A stretch of DNA of 64,000 bases from Dimorphilus gyrociliatus (GCA_904063045.1 CAJFCJ010000007.1:3355404-3419403); one strand, 5' to 3'. Counted from the stretch's first letter, positions 1 through 14,957 are shown. The notes: generated by a model from the letters alone, not told the origin. Numbers and translations: made by a program.

Positions 1-332
1 TCTGTTTCATAATCCACTCATAATATTATTTCTCTTCCTCGATCTTCTACGAAAACACTATTGGCATCACCAATATTACTTGCTCATTTTATTCTCTGTA
101 CCATTCGTTTAAGTCAATTTTTTCTCTTAGTCATCCCCTTACTTTTTGCAGCTTTTTTTCTCTCTCTTATTTCTACTTCTCTCATCTTTCAACTCTTAAA
201 TCAGTTTTTATTCTCTAACATCTCGTATGTAATTATTTTCTTATATACACTGCAATTTTATGTACTTTTCATCTTATTTTGGATATGTAGACACTCTAAG
301 TAGAATATACATAAGGATTTATACAGTATATG

Positions 333-363
<31 letters not shown>

Positions 364-1899
364 TTCGTTGCCCCCGAAGGCATCTGTTGCAGTCGGCCGT
401 GCTGTGGCTCCATCTGTCATAATCGGCGCATTCCGTAGAATAATCTCATCCGTTTCGTGTCCCGCGGGAGGCAACGTTTTTAGGCAAAGGCGTCCTACTA
501 TTAATTAGGAACCGTCGAGTTGACCACGCGTCTAACGCGATGAAGGCGTGAGCAATTCAGGCGTCACTTTGGCTAAATTAGCCGAAATATTATATTTAAC
601 CAGCACTAATATTATTACACAGTGCACTATTTTACTGCTATCTATCGAAGTGTGTATGCCACTGTATGCAAGTGTATATTTATATAAATATATATATATA
701 CCGGTATATTTTTTGAGATGCATGCACGCATGCATGCGTTGGCTTGGCGTGGAGATCGTGAACAAATAGCGCGCCGAAAAAATTTGCATATGAACCGACG
801 CCCCGTCGAGATCGGCTTCAAACAGCCTCGTGATTAACTTGAGGTCACGCCGCTGACCTGAATAATTCCCGCCATTTGTTCTGTCCATCCGACCTCTAGG
901 CGACCTTCTCGCGCGCTTTTCCTATCGTCTCATTTTCCGTTTCCCCACCTCTTCATCACTCTGATTTTCTTAATCTTTAATTGATTATCTCCCAATAAGA
1001 CAGACAATCGATATATTTTCTGACACCACTTTCTTACCCTCTCTATCTCTATCTCTTTTCGCCTCTTTCCACCATTTTTGCTAATCAACAAATTTTAAGG
1101 AGTATCCTATTGGCCAGCGCAGTAAGCATCATATTGTACAAAAACGCCTATCACACCCCACCCACCCCATTTCCATTACGCGTTAGCCGAGCAGTTCCAG
1201 AAAGAGAAAAATAAAGTATCTAATGTGTTTTATTTAAAAAAATGTGCCCGCCAAAAAACGATTACGGTAATTATAAACCGTTTTGACGGTGCTGCCGCCC
1301 TTCTTTAGTTAAAATCCTTAGGCCTAAGAGTAAAAGGGATAGAGTGAGAGAGAGTGGGGGGGAGGGGGAGGTCGGTGAGTGTTCAGTTTTAAAGGTAGAA
1401 AAGAGTAGAACATAGAGAGAGAGAGAGAGAGAGAAAAAGAAGAAAAAGAGAAAAAAAAGTAATTTAAATACGCGACAAAAGCGTTGCCAATTAAAAGAGT
1501 CTCGAGTCGTGCTTGAACAAAGAAAGAAAGCGCTTGAGAAAACAGAGGCCGTCGCAATGGCCTAACCGATCGCATTTCCTGCGCTTCGAAAAATTATTTG
1601 AACGGCTTTTGTATATACACAATCAAAAAAGGGTGGAAGGCGGATTTTTTTTGAAGAAGAAGAAAGGGAAAAAATTAGGAGGGGTTTACCAAAATGGGGA
1701 AGTTAAGAGATAGAAAGATATATTTATATATTTACATTCATGAAAGAATGGTATTGTACATTGTATAGAAAGGGGAGGAGGAGGAAACAGAGAGAAAAAG
1801 GAGAACGAGATGGTAATAAAAAAAGGATGTGAGGGAAAGAGAATACGCGTATTTTCCGTTTAGTGTCTAGGAAAGAAAGGAGAATGAAAAGGTAAAAGA

Positions 1900-2110
1900 A
1901 TTGCAGCTAATTAGCGAGCTTGACCGTTGGCTAGTTGAACCGTCGTCTTTTGTCTACTCGTAATTTCGCTAATGGGGAGGCTCGGCGTGAAGCCCTTTTC
2001 ACTTTTAATTCGATCTGTCGTCCATTTCGACGATCGTGGGAACGCCTGATTAGCGATGCTCACGACGACCGATGACGTAACAGTCGAGCCAATTAGGCCC
2101 TAATGACCGT
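1900..2110. promoter_or_regulatory. Candidate enhancer upstream of zfhx (homeodomain TAAT cluster plus CRE-like site)
   Basis: GC-richer non-repetitive island with GCTAATTAGC 1906-1915, CTGATTAGCG 2046-2055, TGACGTAA 2073-2080 and CAATTAGG near 2090. Confidence 0.4.
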
Positions 2111-3797
2111 TCGCCCCTACTCCATGGCGCAATCACGGCGAAAATGGAATATTTCCGCTATTTACCATTATACGAATATTGATAATTACATCGATAATTG
2201 CCTGTTTCATTTGCACTCGATATTATAACATATAGCTTCATAGCCGAAGAGAATGCAAGAGTATATTATACACCTTATAAAATAGTACGTATACTTATTA
2301 ATATGTATAAATATGATTATACATATTTAAGATACTGGTTGTACATAATATATCTATAATCTTAAGAATTAATTTAATACCTCTCCAACAATCTAAAGAT
2401 AGTTATGTATACTGCACATGTATATATCTATCCATATAATAAATATGTTATGCGTGTATGCACGTTATGTATGCCAGTGTCTGGTTTGTCAGTATATACG
2501 GTATTATATTTACTTTCTCCTTTTTTGTTTTGTTATCAAAGTTAAGCCATCGCAACAATTTACGACCGCCTTGTATACGTTTTATAACTGTTTAATTAGC
2601 AGCAATTTTACGACTAGGTTTTATTGTTTAAACGTGAGTGTAGATAAGACAAGGTGGCTAATCATAGAGAACAACAGTACACAACAAAGGCGTGTTGTAA
2701 ATGTCGTTAGTGGAAATTGATATTTGAGCAAATAGGGCGCTGTCTTCATTAGACTTTGCACTTTTCTCTTTATATATTATTTTTTTTAACGCGGTGGAAA
2801 ATTTCTCTCCTAGTACTTTTTTTCCTTTTTTTTTATCTATTATTCTATCTTTCTATCTATCCCTATATCATACTACTCTACTACTACTACTATGTTTTAC
2901 TATAAATCATATAGAGCTTTCCTCCTTTTTTTTCTCTTGCTTGCTCGCTCTCTCTCTCTCTGTCTCGCTCAAACGCTTTCCTTCTCTCTTTCTATATCTG
3001 TCTGTCTGCCTGTCTGTCTATCTGTCTGTCTGTCATTTGTTTTTCTAACTATTATTTCATTATTTCATATAATACTTTCATTTAAAATCAACTATCTAAT
3101 CTCTCTCTCTCTCTCTCTCTCTCTTACTCATCTTCTCCCTTTTAATAAAAAAAAACAAGTTATTTATCGCCTTTCGTCCTTAAAAATCCAATTCGTTCCT
3201 CTCTATCAGCCAATCCATCTCTTCCTCCCTCTACCACATACCTTTAATTTTTCTATCTCAATCTCATTTCTTTAAATATATCTATCTCTGTCTTTCACTC
3301 CTCATCCATCTCTTATTCTTTTTCCATCTTTTCATAAAAAAATTCATCATCATTCTTTTTTTTCTTTTTTTTTTTTTTACAGTTTCTACGTGAGTAATCT
3401 ATAAGTAATCTCGTATTGTCCTGTGCCCTGCACCTGTGTCTATGATTCTTTGTTCTCTTACGTATTCGTGCTTTAATTACGTGTGTAGCACGCGTTAGTG
3501 TCGAATTTCACGCGCGTTTGAAGTTTGTCTTTTTTTTCTCCCCAAAACGCTAAACAGTTTACCATGACGTGACGCGCGCACTAGAAGAAGGAAGAAGAGG
3601 ACGATATCATTATAAACACAAATATATATTTATATATATATATATATCTATATATATATATATATATCTATATAAACGCACAACTAACGAAGACGAGGAT
3701 AAAAGAACTTAATAGGAAGAATAAGTGAAAGAAACCAACAAAAACAACAAAGGAAAATATTATATTAAAATTTTCTGGAAAAAAAAAACAGAGGATA

Positions 3798-5990
3798 ATG
3801 GAGGTTTATACGAATGGTGAAATTAATGGACATGACGAATTTGATGAAGAGGATGGCGAACCGTTCGATGCAACCATAATCTATAATCCGGATGGTTCTG
3901 CTTACATAATTGAGGCGGACGATGATGATGATGAAGACCTTCTTCAATTGCCAAAGCAGGATGGTAGCATTATCGTTAAAAAGAAAGCTCCTTTGCCGGA
4001 TGATGACGTCTCCATTCCGCAAATCGCTTCCGCTCTTTTCCTCCACAGGTCGAACACCACATTATATAATACGCTATTCTCCCGTAGGACACCTCCGCCG
4101 ACGCCTACTATGCATTCATACCGTGTTTATGACGTTCGGCATCCTCCTCCAAGAATAGACAACAGAACAACTAACCTTCCTAACGTACCGGTAACGGTGC
4201 CAACTAGGCCTATCCTAATGTGCTTCATATGTAAAATGTCGTTCGGCGTGAGCAAGTCGTTTATCAGTCACGCGATCGGCGAACACTCTATGGACTTGCT
4301 ACAAGCCGAGGAGGATATTCTGTCACAAACCAATTCGTCCGCCATTATACAGGCGGTCGGAAAGGACAAAACTCCCTTAATGTCCTTTTTGGAACCTTAC
4401 TTTCCGCCACCTCCCCCATCAACATCTCCTATAAGCGATGTTGAATCATCAGCCTCATCTGCCAATTCACCACCGCCCTCAGCGGCGGTTACTTCGCGTG
4501 CCATGCCACCTCTGTTAGCCGCCGCAGCGGTAGCCAGCTTCCCGCCTCCAATGCCTCCGCCTCCATCGATGGCCGCAATTGACCTGGCTACCTTATCGCC
4601 ATCGAGGAGTTCATGCAAGACGCTCAAGTGTCCCAAGTGCAACTGGCACTACAAGTATCAGGAGACACTGGAAATTCATATGAAGGAAAAGCATCCAGCC
4701 GACGGCGAGTCGTCGTCGTGCGTCTATTGCGTCACTAAAGCCGCTCATCCGCGTTTAGCTAGAGGCGAAGCTTACACTTGCGGCTATAAACCGTACAGAT
4801 GCGAAGTTTGCAATTATTCGACGACTACAAAGGGAAACCTTTCGATTCACATGCAAAGTGATAAGCACATCAATAACATGCAGGACTTACAAAATGGTTC
4901 AACTCCGGCACCTCCACCAACTACCGCACCGTCAGCCCCACCCACACCCCCTTCTTCTCTGGCCACATCATCTACGACAAACCAAGCAACTTCTTCGAAT
5001 CAAAGTTCAGAGAAGAATAAATCAAAGCCAGTTTGGAGGTGCGATGTCTGCCAGTATGAGACCAACGTCGCTAGGAATCTTAGAATTCACATGACGTCCG
5101 AAAAGCACACACATAATATGATGATGCTGCAGCAATCAATGCGTATGGCCCTGCCTCCTCTCCTTTTTCCGCCCACTACAGACCCCTATTACTCAACTCC
5201 CCTTTTAGCCTCAACGACGGCCATGGTTGAACCATTACCGGACGTATTCGAATGCTGTGTCTGCAATGTTTTTGCAACTGACAGCGTCGAAAGCTTACAC
5301 GGTCACATGCAATTGGATAGAACAAGGGTTAATGGCGCTGATGCTGAATTTGTAAGCGTCGTTGCAGGCCAACACACCTGCTCCCTTTGTTCTTACAAGA
5401 CGCCGCTTAAGGCCAACTTCCAACTGCATTCGAAAACCGACAAACACGTTCAACGGCTTCAGTTAGCCCTACATGTCCGAGAAGGAGGTCCGGAAAATGC
5501 CTGGAGAGGCAAGTACGTCAACGTATCTAATCCGGTACAAGTCCGATGTTCAGCCTGTGACTTCTATACTAATTCATTACATAAATTGCACGCCCATTCT
5601 ATGACACCCGCCCATGGGGCGGCAGTACGAATTCTACAGCATGTTCAAATGGCTGAAAGTCATGTGCCGGCCGACAAACGACTCTACGTTTGCCCAGTTT
5701 GTTCCTATTCAACAAGATCTAAGAATAAAATACTACAGCATTCCCGAACTCCTCAACATGCTTCTAATTTACAAGGCAGATCGGAGGACGAATTGGGTAG
5801 TGTTTTACGAGTTCGCCAAGCGGATGACAACAATACAGGTGAGTGGTGCTAATCCTGACGACAATCAGGCCTAAGGCTAGGTTAATTACTGCCGCACCTG
5901 AGCATTGATTGTGTTTTTACGTTGTATGCTCGCTTTAGGGAAAAGTTTGAGTTGCCGGAAATATCGTTATATAGCGTCATCGAAAGTACA

Positions 5991-6041
<51 letters not shown>

Positions 6042-9000
6042 GCATATAAATATAAAATATATATGTTATATAACTACGAATATATATATAATTTGTTATA
6101 TAACGTATATAGTTGCGTATGACGTGCGTCAATTTAGGCAATTAGGAACGTTCAAAGAGTTGGGTTAAACGTGCGTTAACAATAGTGCGGCGTCGATGCG
6201 CCTATCTATATCTATAGATGAGAAATTACGAGCACTTTATGAATTTACGATGCAGGTGCGCAAAATTTCGGCCTAGACTTTTAATGACACATTCAGTAAT
6301 TACGCTGCTTTCTTATCGAAATGGCGCCTGAGGCCTAATTAAAGCCTTCTGCGAGTGTGTTGTTTGAGAGCAAAGTTCGAACAGGAACGATATTTAGTTG
6401 TAGTATACGGTATGTCCTCTTACTTTTTTTTTTTTAATTATTTTTTAATTTTCTAAACCTTTTAACTTTAATAGAATAACATCCTCTTCCACCTTTCCCA
6501 ACCCCCTACCCTTAAGCTGCCCCATTTTAGCCTATATACTCTCCATCAACCATATTTTCCCCACTCCCTGTTCCCTCTTTTCTCTCTATCTCTCTCTCTC
6601 TCGCTTGCTCTCTCTACACGCTTCTTAGAGCAGATGCTGAAATCGATGACGTCACGCGGGCGTTGTGTGTGCGATATTGCAGAGCGCTGCGCAATAATGT
6701 CCAATCACCATTACGGCCCTTTAAAGGCGAAGAGCGATAAACGGTAATGGCGTTTGGACGGCGTTTAATCCCTTCTACCGCGTAACGGCGTTGTGTGCTT
6801 GGCTGCCCCAATCAGTGACGGCGCGTTGACGTGGCTGCTCTACTGCAATACTGCAATACCGCAATAGAGATAAGCAGACTACGAATAGCCCCCGCGTTTA
6901 ATTAAGAACACTAGCGCTCAGTACGATTCGGCACTCTGTCGACCGATAAGCGTTATCTGAGCCGAACCGTGCTTTATGGCGGGGGCTGCTTACAATTAAG
7001 GGCGCCTGCTATTCAGGTCATCCGTTCGCCGCTTGTTTACACAAAATGCGATGCGTGCTGGCGTTTTTGAAAGGCGAGACGTTTGCGCGAAAAGAAGAAC
7101 GCTTTTTGCCCTCTCGACGAATGTTGTAGCTTATTTACATACGGCCAATAACAGCTGTGTATTCTCATTATGGTTTGATCCGCCTGCCAATTAGCATTTT
7201 ATTGAACCGAGCTGAAATTTTATTTCAATTATAAAAGCCGTACGTATATTGTACAATATTAAACTTTAATACAAAGAATATATACAATATATAGGTATAT
7301 ATCATCGTGTCTTCATACCAATATAATGTATATACTGTATGAAGATACTTGTATATTAACTGTATATACTTCTTTCCATATCTATATGAATGCTTACGAT
7401 ATCCATATCTATACATTCATATAGATATATTCAAGTTAATATATAGAATATGTAACTTGTATATATTATATATAATCTATTGATATATTCAACTTTTCCC
7501 CTCCGACTTTCTTCATTAACTATATAATATAAGAAATAAATTTAAATACAATTTAAATATCGTACGTCTTAAAGAGTATAGTGTACACTTTATATGGTTC
7601 ATTGTGTATCTTTTACTATACACTGTACATACTGTTTTAGTGCGCCAGCGCACATATGTCGGCGGCATTCGTCTATATAACACGACTATTCACTTTGGCA
7701 CGTTTTTCGTTTTACAGATCGGGAATCTCAAGAAGAATGTACGCCACCTGGCGACGATAGAGACAAAGGTATGATTTCGTACCCAGTAGGCCTTAAAAAA
7801 TGTATACAACTATATAGATTGTACATATGATATACATTCATACTTTATACATCTATATATATATATATATATATATATAGTTGTATATAAGAGCGTTTAT
7901 TAATAAGCCGTAAAAGTTGACTGCGGCCCCCAAGATCAAACGGTAACGCTAAAGACGCTCGCTAGCTAATTAGCCTACACCTCATTAGGCGGCTCTGATT
8001 AGCGTGAGAGTTTAGGCGTCGGCCTTAGCAATTAACTCGACGAGTCGGCTTTTCTTTTTCCTCCCCGAGTTTGGCCGGAAGTAAGACGGGCGCCATGTGG
8101 CCGCGTAGCGCCATGTTTGTTAATCATTGATCGTAGATTAGTGTTACTGTATGGCGAATCGTCAGCTGCTCCAGTATAGTTTTATATATATAATTTCATA
8201 GATATACGTATGAAAAATACACATACGTACAATAGCACTTGTAATTATTATTTATATAGATAAAAATTTTAAAAAACAGATAATTTTTATTCCTAACAAT
8301 TTTCTCTAGTGCCAAAAAGTGCTTTCGTGTAATAAATAACAGTATTATTTCTATATAATTGCTATAAGAAAAGCAATATACTTATAGGCCTATCTTCTCT
8401 CAATATATATATATATATATATATAAATATGTAGGTATGTGTGTGTGTGTATGTACATACGTACGTTTTATGTGAATGCATATGTATGTGTGTATGTGTG
8501 TTTTGGTGTGAATTTTATCTATTGATGTGTATATATGAGTATTTTGATATGAATGCATTTTGAGTAGGTAGGTATGTGTACTACTACTATTTGGGATGGG
8601 TTAGGTGATTTCTTTCAATCTCTGTACCATTACAAGCCTTAACCTTAACCCTTTTTTCTCTCTCTTTCCCCTCTTGCTCACCCACTCTGCCCCCCTCCCC
8701 TCCAACCCCCCCCCCCTCTCTTTTTTACGTATTGGAGTTCGCGCCGTTATAGACCATTAACTGTTTAATGTACACTACTACTTTCTCCCTGCGTCTTTAT
8801 AACATCCACAATAGAGGGCGCTTGAATCGAAAGGAAAGTCGTCTTTTCGTTTCGTATACTTTTTTTACGGACGTTCTCTTATCTAATACGAGATGTTCCT
8901 TATCGATCTATACGATTGCGGCCGCTTCAAGTCGAGTATTAGCTATCGATCGGCCGCAACTATATAAAAGTCATAATGAAAACACTTTCTATCAATTTTC

Positions 9001-12000
9001 CCGCCGTTTTTTCCCTTTAACCCCTCTCCATTCTTGTGTTTATCACTAACCATATCACTAGCGGATTACTACCGTTGCCTCTAATGCTTTTTAACTACTC
9101 TCCCTGAAAAACGTGTTTACAGTTAAACTCTTGATAGAAAGATATATTTAGTGTTATAATCGGGTTCCCCCCTCCACTTCCATAACTTTTTCTCCCCACC
9201 CCGTCCCTTTTGCCTTATAAAGCAGCGTATATAGAAAACAATCGTATTGATACTCAAATTGGGTGGCGGCGCCGCCATCAACCGAGTCATTTGCATGTGC
9301 ATAGAGCCGCAGCCTGCTTTCCATATGAATAAGACTGGCCTGAGTTCGAACGCTTGCTTTTGCTCGGTCGCCAGTGTCTTAAGCGCCTAGCTCAATTGTT
9401 TAACGACGATCTAAGGAATTCTCGTTCAAACAAACATTCAACCGATCGCCCTCTTCCATTTTAAATACAATTTATTTTATGAAAAAGAAGACACTGGCAA
9501 AATCATTTTACCTATTAAAAACTTATTAAATAGGATACCTCTCATCTACAGATGCTAGTAAGTTCTATCTATACCTTTTACTACATATATCTATATATAT
9601 ATATAACTTTGTGCATATATATATATATAGTATGGATCTATGTATTAATATGTACAAGTGTATTTAGATTGTATATAATTGATATAAAGTATTTGAAATA
9701 TTTCTCTACGTATAATTAATAATCGTTAAACGTGTAACGTATGCATTGTATGAGTTATGCATTATTCGTGTTCTTAAGAATGGAGAGAAGATTGTCTAGG
9801 TTAGGGTAATGTAGGCATTGAAATCGCCCATTTCTACCCCTTGGTCCGATTAGTATCCAGGGAAAAGAATGTTATCTCGACACCTTGACGTCTTTTCTAA
9901 TAGACGGAACAAATGAAATTTAAAAGAAAAAAAAATAAAAAAAAGAGTAAAAAAACTAGACGAAAGTGATGACGACGACTCAGACATCTGAATTGGTGAC
10001 GCTTTTGTTGATTTTTTATTCAACAATCACCTTGTTTTTTGGTCGCTAAACTCAATCAACGAAAGAGAATCCGCCCCGCGTTCATTTAGTGTTTAGTAAG
10101 CTTCATGTCTACCGTTCAAATTAGGTCAGCGCCATAATAATAAAGCGAAGCATACACCTGTATAATATAGGCGATCGCGCGCGCATTGGCGTTTCGGTTG
10201 GCCTATACAAATGGCGGTTTTCTTTCTTTATTTTTTCTCAACCAATCTCAGTTGATTCCGTCTACTGTGTACCAGTTGATCAACTTTCTATATATCTTCA
10301 CTTACTATCTTGTCACACGCCGTTTTCGCTCCGTGGGAAAAATATTGGGAAAGGAAACGGTGAAGAGGGAGTGGTAGCGGTGTCCGTTGACCGATAGATA
10401 AGTCAAAAAGAGAGAGAAAGATAGAAAGGAAGAAAGAGAATAGGAATAATTCTACAAAAAAGGAAACGGATTCGTCGCCTTTAGTTTTTTTCGACTTTCG
10501 CTTTAATAGCGCAGCGTCGTCGTCGTCGTCACCGACCGACTCATGCCCTTCTCGTGACGTCAGATGACGTAAGTAAACAGGACTGATTGGACGAGGCCAC
10601 GTTGATTACATCACGGAATGTATTGTCTCTTGAATAGGTGCTTTGTCTAGGGCCGACTCTCGCTGTAATTCGCCGCCGATGCGTGAGTGCTGCTTGTCAC
10701 TGTTGGTAGGGACTGAGAGGGGGACGAGGAAAGATAATTAAGGGACTGGGAACTGTAGTTTTTTATCAAAAGGCCGCGAGACGAGAACGATACAACAATA
10801 GATTTAATACCATTTAAAAAATTCTTCAATACATTAATCTCTCTTAAACAACGATATTAAATAGTAAAAGAAAAAAATAGCCGAATCGGATTTTATCAAC
10901 GTTTTTAATTAGGAGATAAATTATGAGTTCGAATCTACGCAGATAACAACGACGGAGGCCTAACGAGCTACGAGAACGAAGTGGTCAATGAAGACGGAAT
11001 GCGACCGCGGACTGAAGAAGAGGACGAGGAAGGAGTTATCGAAGCTCTAGAGGCGGCCGAACAAGGTAAGCCTGGCACGTACATCTAATATGGTAGGACG
11101 AACGCGGACAATAGTTGACGGGTTAGGGCGTCTAACGGCTAGAGATTCTCAATTGAAAGAGTAAAAAGGTTGCTATATACTGTACTCAAATAACGTACAT
11201 AGAGTAATATATATGTACGATTTACATTAAAAAGGGTATGCGTGTTTAATGTGGTACACAATTTAGATGAAAAAAAAGCATAGCGACGTCTATTGTCTAG
11301 CTCGGTTAAGCCGGTCGAGTCCGGTGCAAGGAGAGGTCAAGCGCAACTAGCCGGGCCTCTTTTCTTCTTTTCCCTTTTATTTGGTCCCCGCCGTTCTTTT
11401 GACTAAAGGGGGCAGGGGGGGGGGAGCGGAGAGGGGGGAAAAGCGGCGGTCAAACGCGAAAAAATTAATCCGCGCCGCATATGCAAAGCATCTCGACGAT
11501 GGCGGCGCCTCGGCGTCTGTCAATTGAAGCGTTTTTTTTTTTGGCGCGCAAATCATTGAGAGTGATCAGTGAGCAAACGTAATTACGGCGGCGTTCTGTT
11601 GCAGCAACAAAGGAAGGCGTTACGGTCGACGAGCAGGACGAAGATGATTGCAAATGTCATACGTGTTCCAATACGTTTCCGACGCTCGACGCCCTCTACA
11701 ATCACCAAAACGAATTGGGCCATTTGGAACTGAAGCAGACACCTAGGGGTCCTGGCTACCTGTGCTGGAAGAAGTCGTGCAATCAGTATTTCTCAACCGC
11801 TAACGCTCTACAGGTCCATTATAGGGAAATTCACGCCACACCCACCGCCCAAAACTCTTCGACCAGTAGGCGTCACGCCTATAAATTCCGATGTTCCCGA
11901 TGTTCCTTGGCGTTCGTTACTAGGGATAAACTACAACTTCATCACACTTATCACGTGATTAGAGCAGCAACTAGGTGCCCTGTTTGCGACAAGAACTTCC

Positions 12001-14957
12001 GTAGTATAGGCGCCTTGCGCAAGCACGTTGATAACAGTCATTTAGATAAGATGAGTGACGAAGAGATAGCAAAGTATCGGGCCACTATAGCTGAAGTCGC
12101 CCCGCTAATCGGTTTGAAATTAACCGACGATCCGTCGGCTAATAACGAGGATATCAACGCCAATTCAGTTATTACGCAAGACGCCTCCTATTCGGATCCT
12201 GCTTGTAAGTACAAGTGCCACCGATGCAGAGTCGGCTACGCACGCCAATCGGCGCTCGTAGAACACAATAAGAGTGCAGAACACAAGCGTTCAAATAGTT
12301 CAGTTTCTACAACTTCCGGTAGTAGTACGCCGACTTTGGCGACTACGGCTACTACTACTACTATAACCGGTACTACTCAAGAATCCGAGTCTTCCGCCGA
12401 TGAAAAATTTAACGATCCGTCAAAACCGTTCAAGTGCCATGTCTGTGTGGAAGCCTTCGCGCAGAGGAACAATTTGGAGGTGCACGAAGGTTCCAATTCG
12501 CACAAACAGCGTGTAAAGGAGGAGGAGAGCGGGAGCGAACCTCCTATTGCCCCTCTTGGCTGGAACTTCAACGATCCGAATAAACCTTACAGATGTAATT
12601 TGTGCAAAGTATCATTCGCCAATTCGCCAAATTTTGACATACACAAGAGATCCGTGCTTCATATGAAGCACATCTCCAGATTACCTGATTACATTAATCG
12701 AAACTGCTGGCAAAGCGACGATGTCGTATTGGAAACGCCTGATGGTAAAATATCTGCCGAAGATCTTATAGAATCATCGACAAATACCATAAAAAAGGAA
12801 GAACAGATATCTTCACCCCTTCCATCTACCCTTCCAACTGCTAATCCAACGGCCACTTCTCTTCCATCAACTGTTATACCAAATCAGAATGCTATTTCTG
12901 GTATAAATACAGGGAACAACGACGAAATCAACCTAAAAATGGCTGTTGCTAAGAAGAGAAAGGACTGCCTAGAGAACAAGGAAAACAATACTCCCAAAGC
13001 TTTCACGTGTTCCCGGTGTTCGTCTGTTTTTAAGACGGCAGATAGCTTGGAAAAGCACGAAGGCGGCGAATGTCTTGGGCCACCAATAGTGAAATTGGGC
13101 CGAGTAAAGCCGGCCTTACAACGTCATCTCCTCGAATCATTTGGCTTCGAATGTGTCATGCAGTACAATGAAAATCAGAAGAGGGAGGTTCTAAAACCTT
13201 GCCCAGATGAGGAGACTGTTGGTAAGAAACCACCAGAATTACTAGAAAAAAGAACATGTTCAAAATGCAATAAGAACTTTTCCTCCGTTTGGGTGCTAAA
13301 AGCGCACGAAGAAGAAATTCACGAGAATCTAGTTCCACACGATATTGTTCAAAAAGTGGCAACTAAATTTAGGTCGGATTATGATAAGAAACAACCGTCT
13401 TCCTCTATGCCGAATGAAAATCGATCTTCCGGAACGCCTACTCCCACCGCCCTACAAGAGGAGAAGATTCTAACATCAACTAGTTCTTCCGGGTTTTCTC
13501 AGGCGTCGATTAAGGATGAGATGCCCAACGTTAGCTGCACTGATATAGCTAGCCAAATGATGCAGATGCCTATGCTTATGCCATTTGCAGGAATGCCCTT
13601 ATTTATGCCACCAATTTTACCTTATCCTGGTATGGAATTGGCCTATGCTGCTGGTTTGGGGCCGACCTCGAACGCTGCGGCCATCTTCGATCCGTCTTCA
13701 AACGCCAAGCAGCAAGCGGCCGCCGCCCAACTGGCGACTTCTAATCCGAAACGGGCGCGAACCCGCATTAACGACGATCAATTAAAAATACTCAGAGCTC
13801 ATTTCGACATTAATAACTCGCCAACCGAGGCGCAAATCGAACGAATGTCTAGAGAATCCGGATTACCGCCCAAAGTGATTAAGCACTGGTTTCGTAACAC
13901 GCTCTTTAAAGAACGACAGCGTAATAAGGATTCACCATATAATTTTAACAATCCTCCTTCAACAACCCTGGATTTGGCTGAATATGAAAAAACTGGAAAA
14001 ATCAAGAGTGAGGCTACAGCTAAGAATGAACATTTAGCAAATAGTGAAAATATGAAATCGATCGAGAAGGACATTGATTCTCAAGCTGATGTAGAATCGG
14101 TAGCTTCATTTTCGGAGAGCGCTGTCAGTTCGGCGCCGTCTACCCCCGTTCCACCACAACCATCAAACGAAATTATGAACGCGTTAACTCAAGCCAATAT
14201 AGCTAAGGCAATGGCGCCTTTGACACCGGAAATGCTTATGCAAGTTACTAGTATGACGTCTCAGGATGGTACAATCCCTGGTTCGAGTACAACTCCTAAA
14301 AGAGCTAATAGAACAAGGTTAGTTAGCTCCATTTCATTCTTAAATGGAATTAATCCGACTTTTCTAACCCTATTTTTAACCGTTAACCGCTGTTTTTATA
14401 TCCCTTCTTTTTCGCCTTTGGTTATAAAAACAAAAACGTTTTCGGATCGATAAATTCGTGCAAAATAACGAGATTAAGCGAGTTTGATAGTATTACAAAG
14501 GAAAAGATCGGAAAACAGGCAAAAAAAAAATCAAGGCGTGCCCTTCTCTACCACCATATTCACTTGTTTATATTCCCGTATCAGATATTGATAACAGATG
14601 AATAAATCGTACCCAATAATGTGTATGTTATTCTATATACATATATATATATATATGTATATTTAGAATATATACTTAAATAAATGGGTATGTAAACCAG
14701 TTGACATTTTAACTGAGGTCATGTATTTCTAAAGTAGAGATGCCTATATGTAAATATGAGAGCGAATTTTATATGTATATAGCTTGATAACCTAAATAAA
14801 CACACACATATATATATATGTAGGTATATATATATATATATATATTGAGCATGTGTAAAGGATGCTTAATTGCATCCTTTACTCTACTGAAGTGAACATA
14901 CATGTAAATATATCTTCTATACAAATGTATATATCTATATACAGAAAGAATATAATA

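Noticed and set aside
9331-9380. Imperfect hairpin in zfhx intron 2 (ACTGGC/GCCAGT stem) as a microRNA
   Set aside because: The stem is short and bulged, and there is only incidental similarity to miR-34 or miR-193 words. It cannot be supported without small-RNA data.
14318-14453. C-terminal extension [10 protein letters not shown]... of the 912-aa ORF
   Set aside because: This is read-through into an intron; the donor at 14318 joins 15422 to rebuild homeodomain 2 (RANRTR|FTDHQV).
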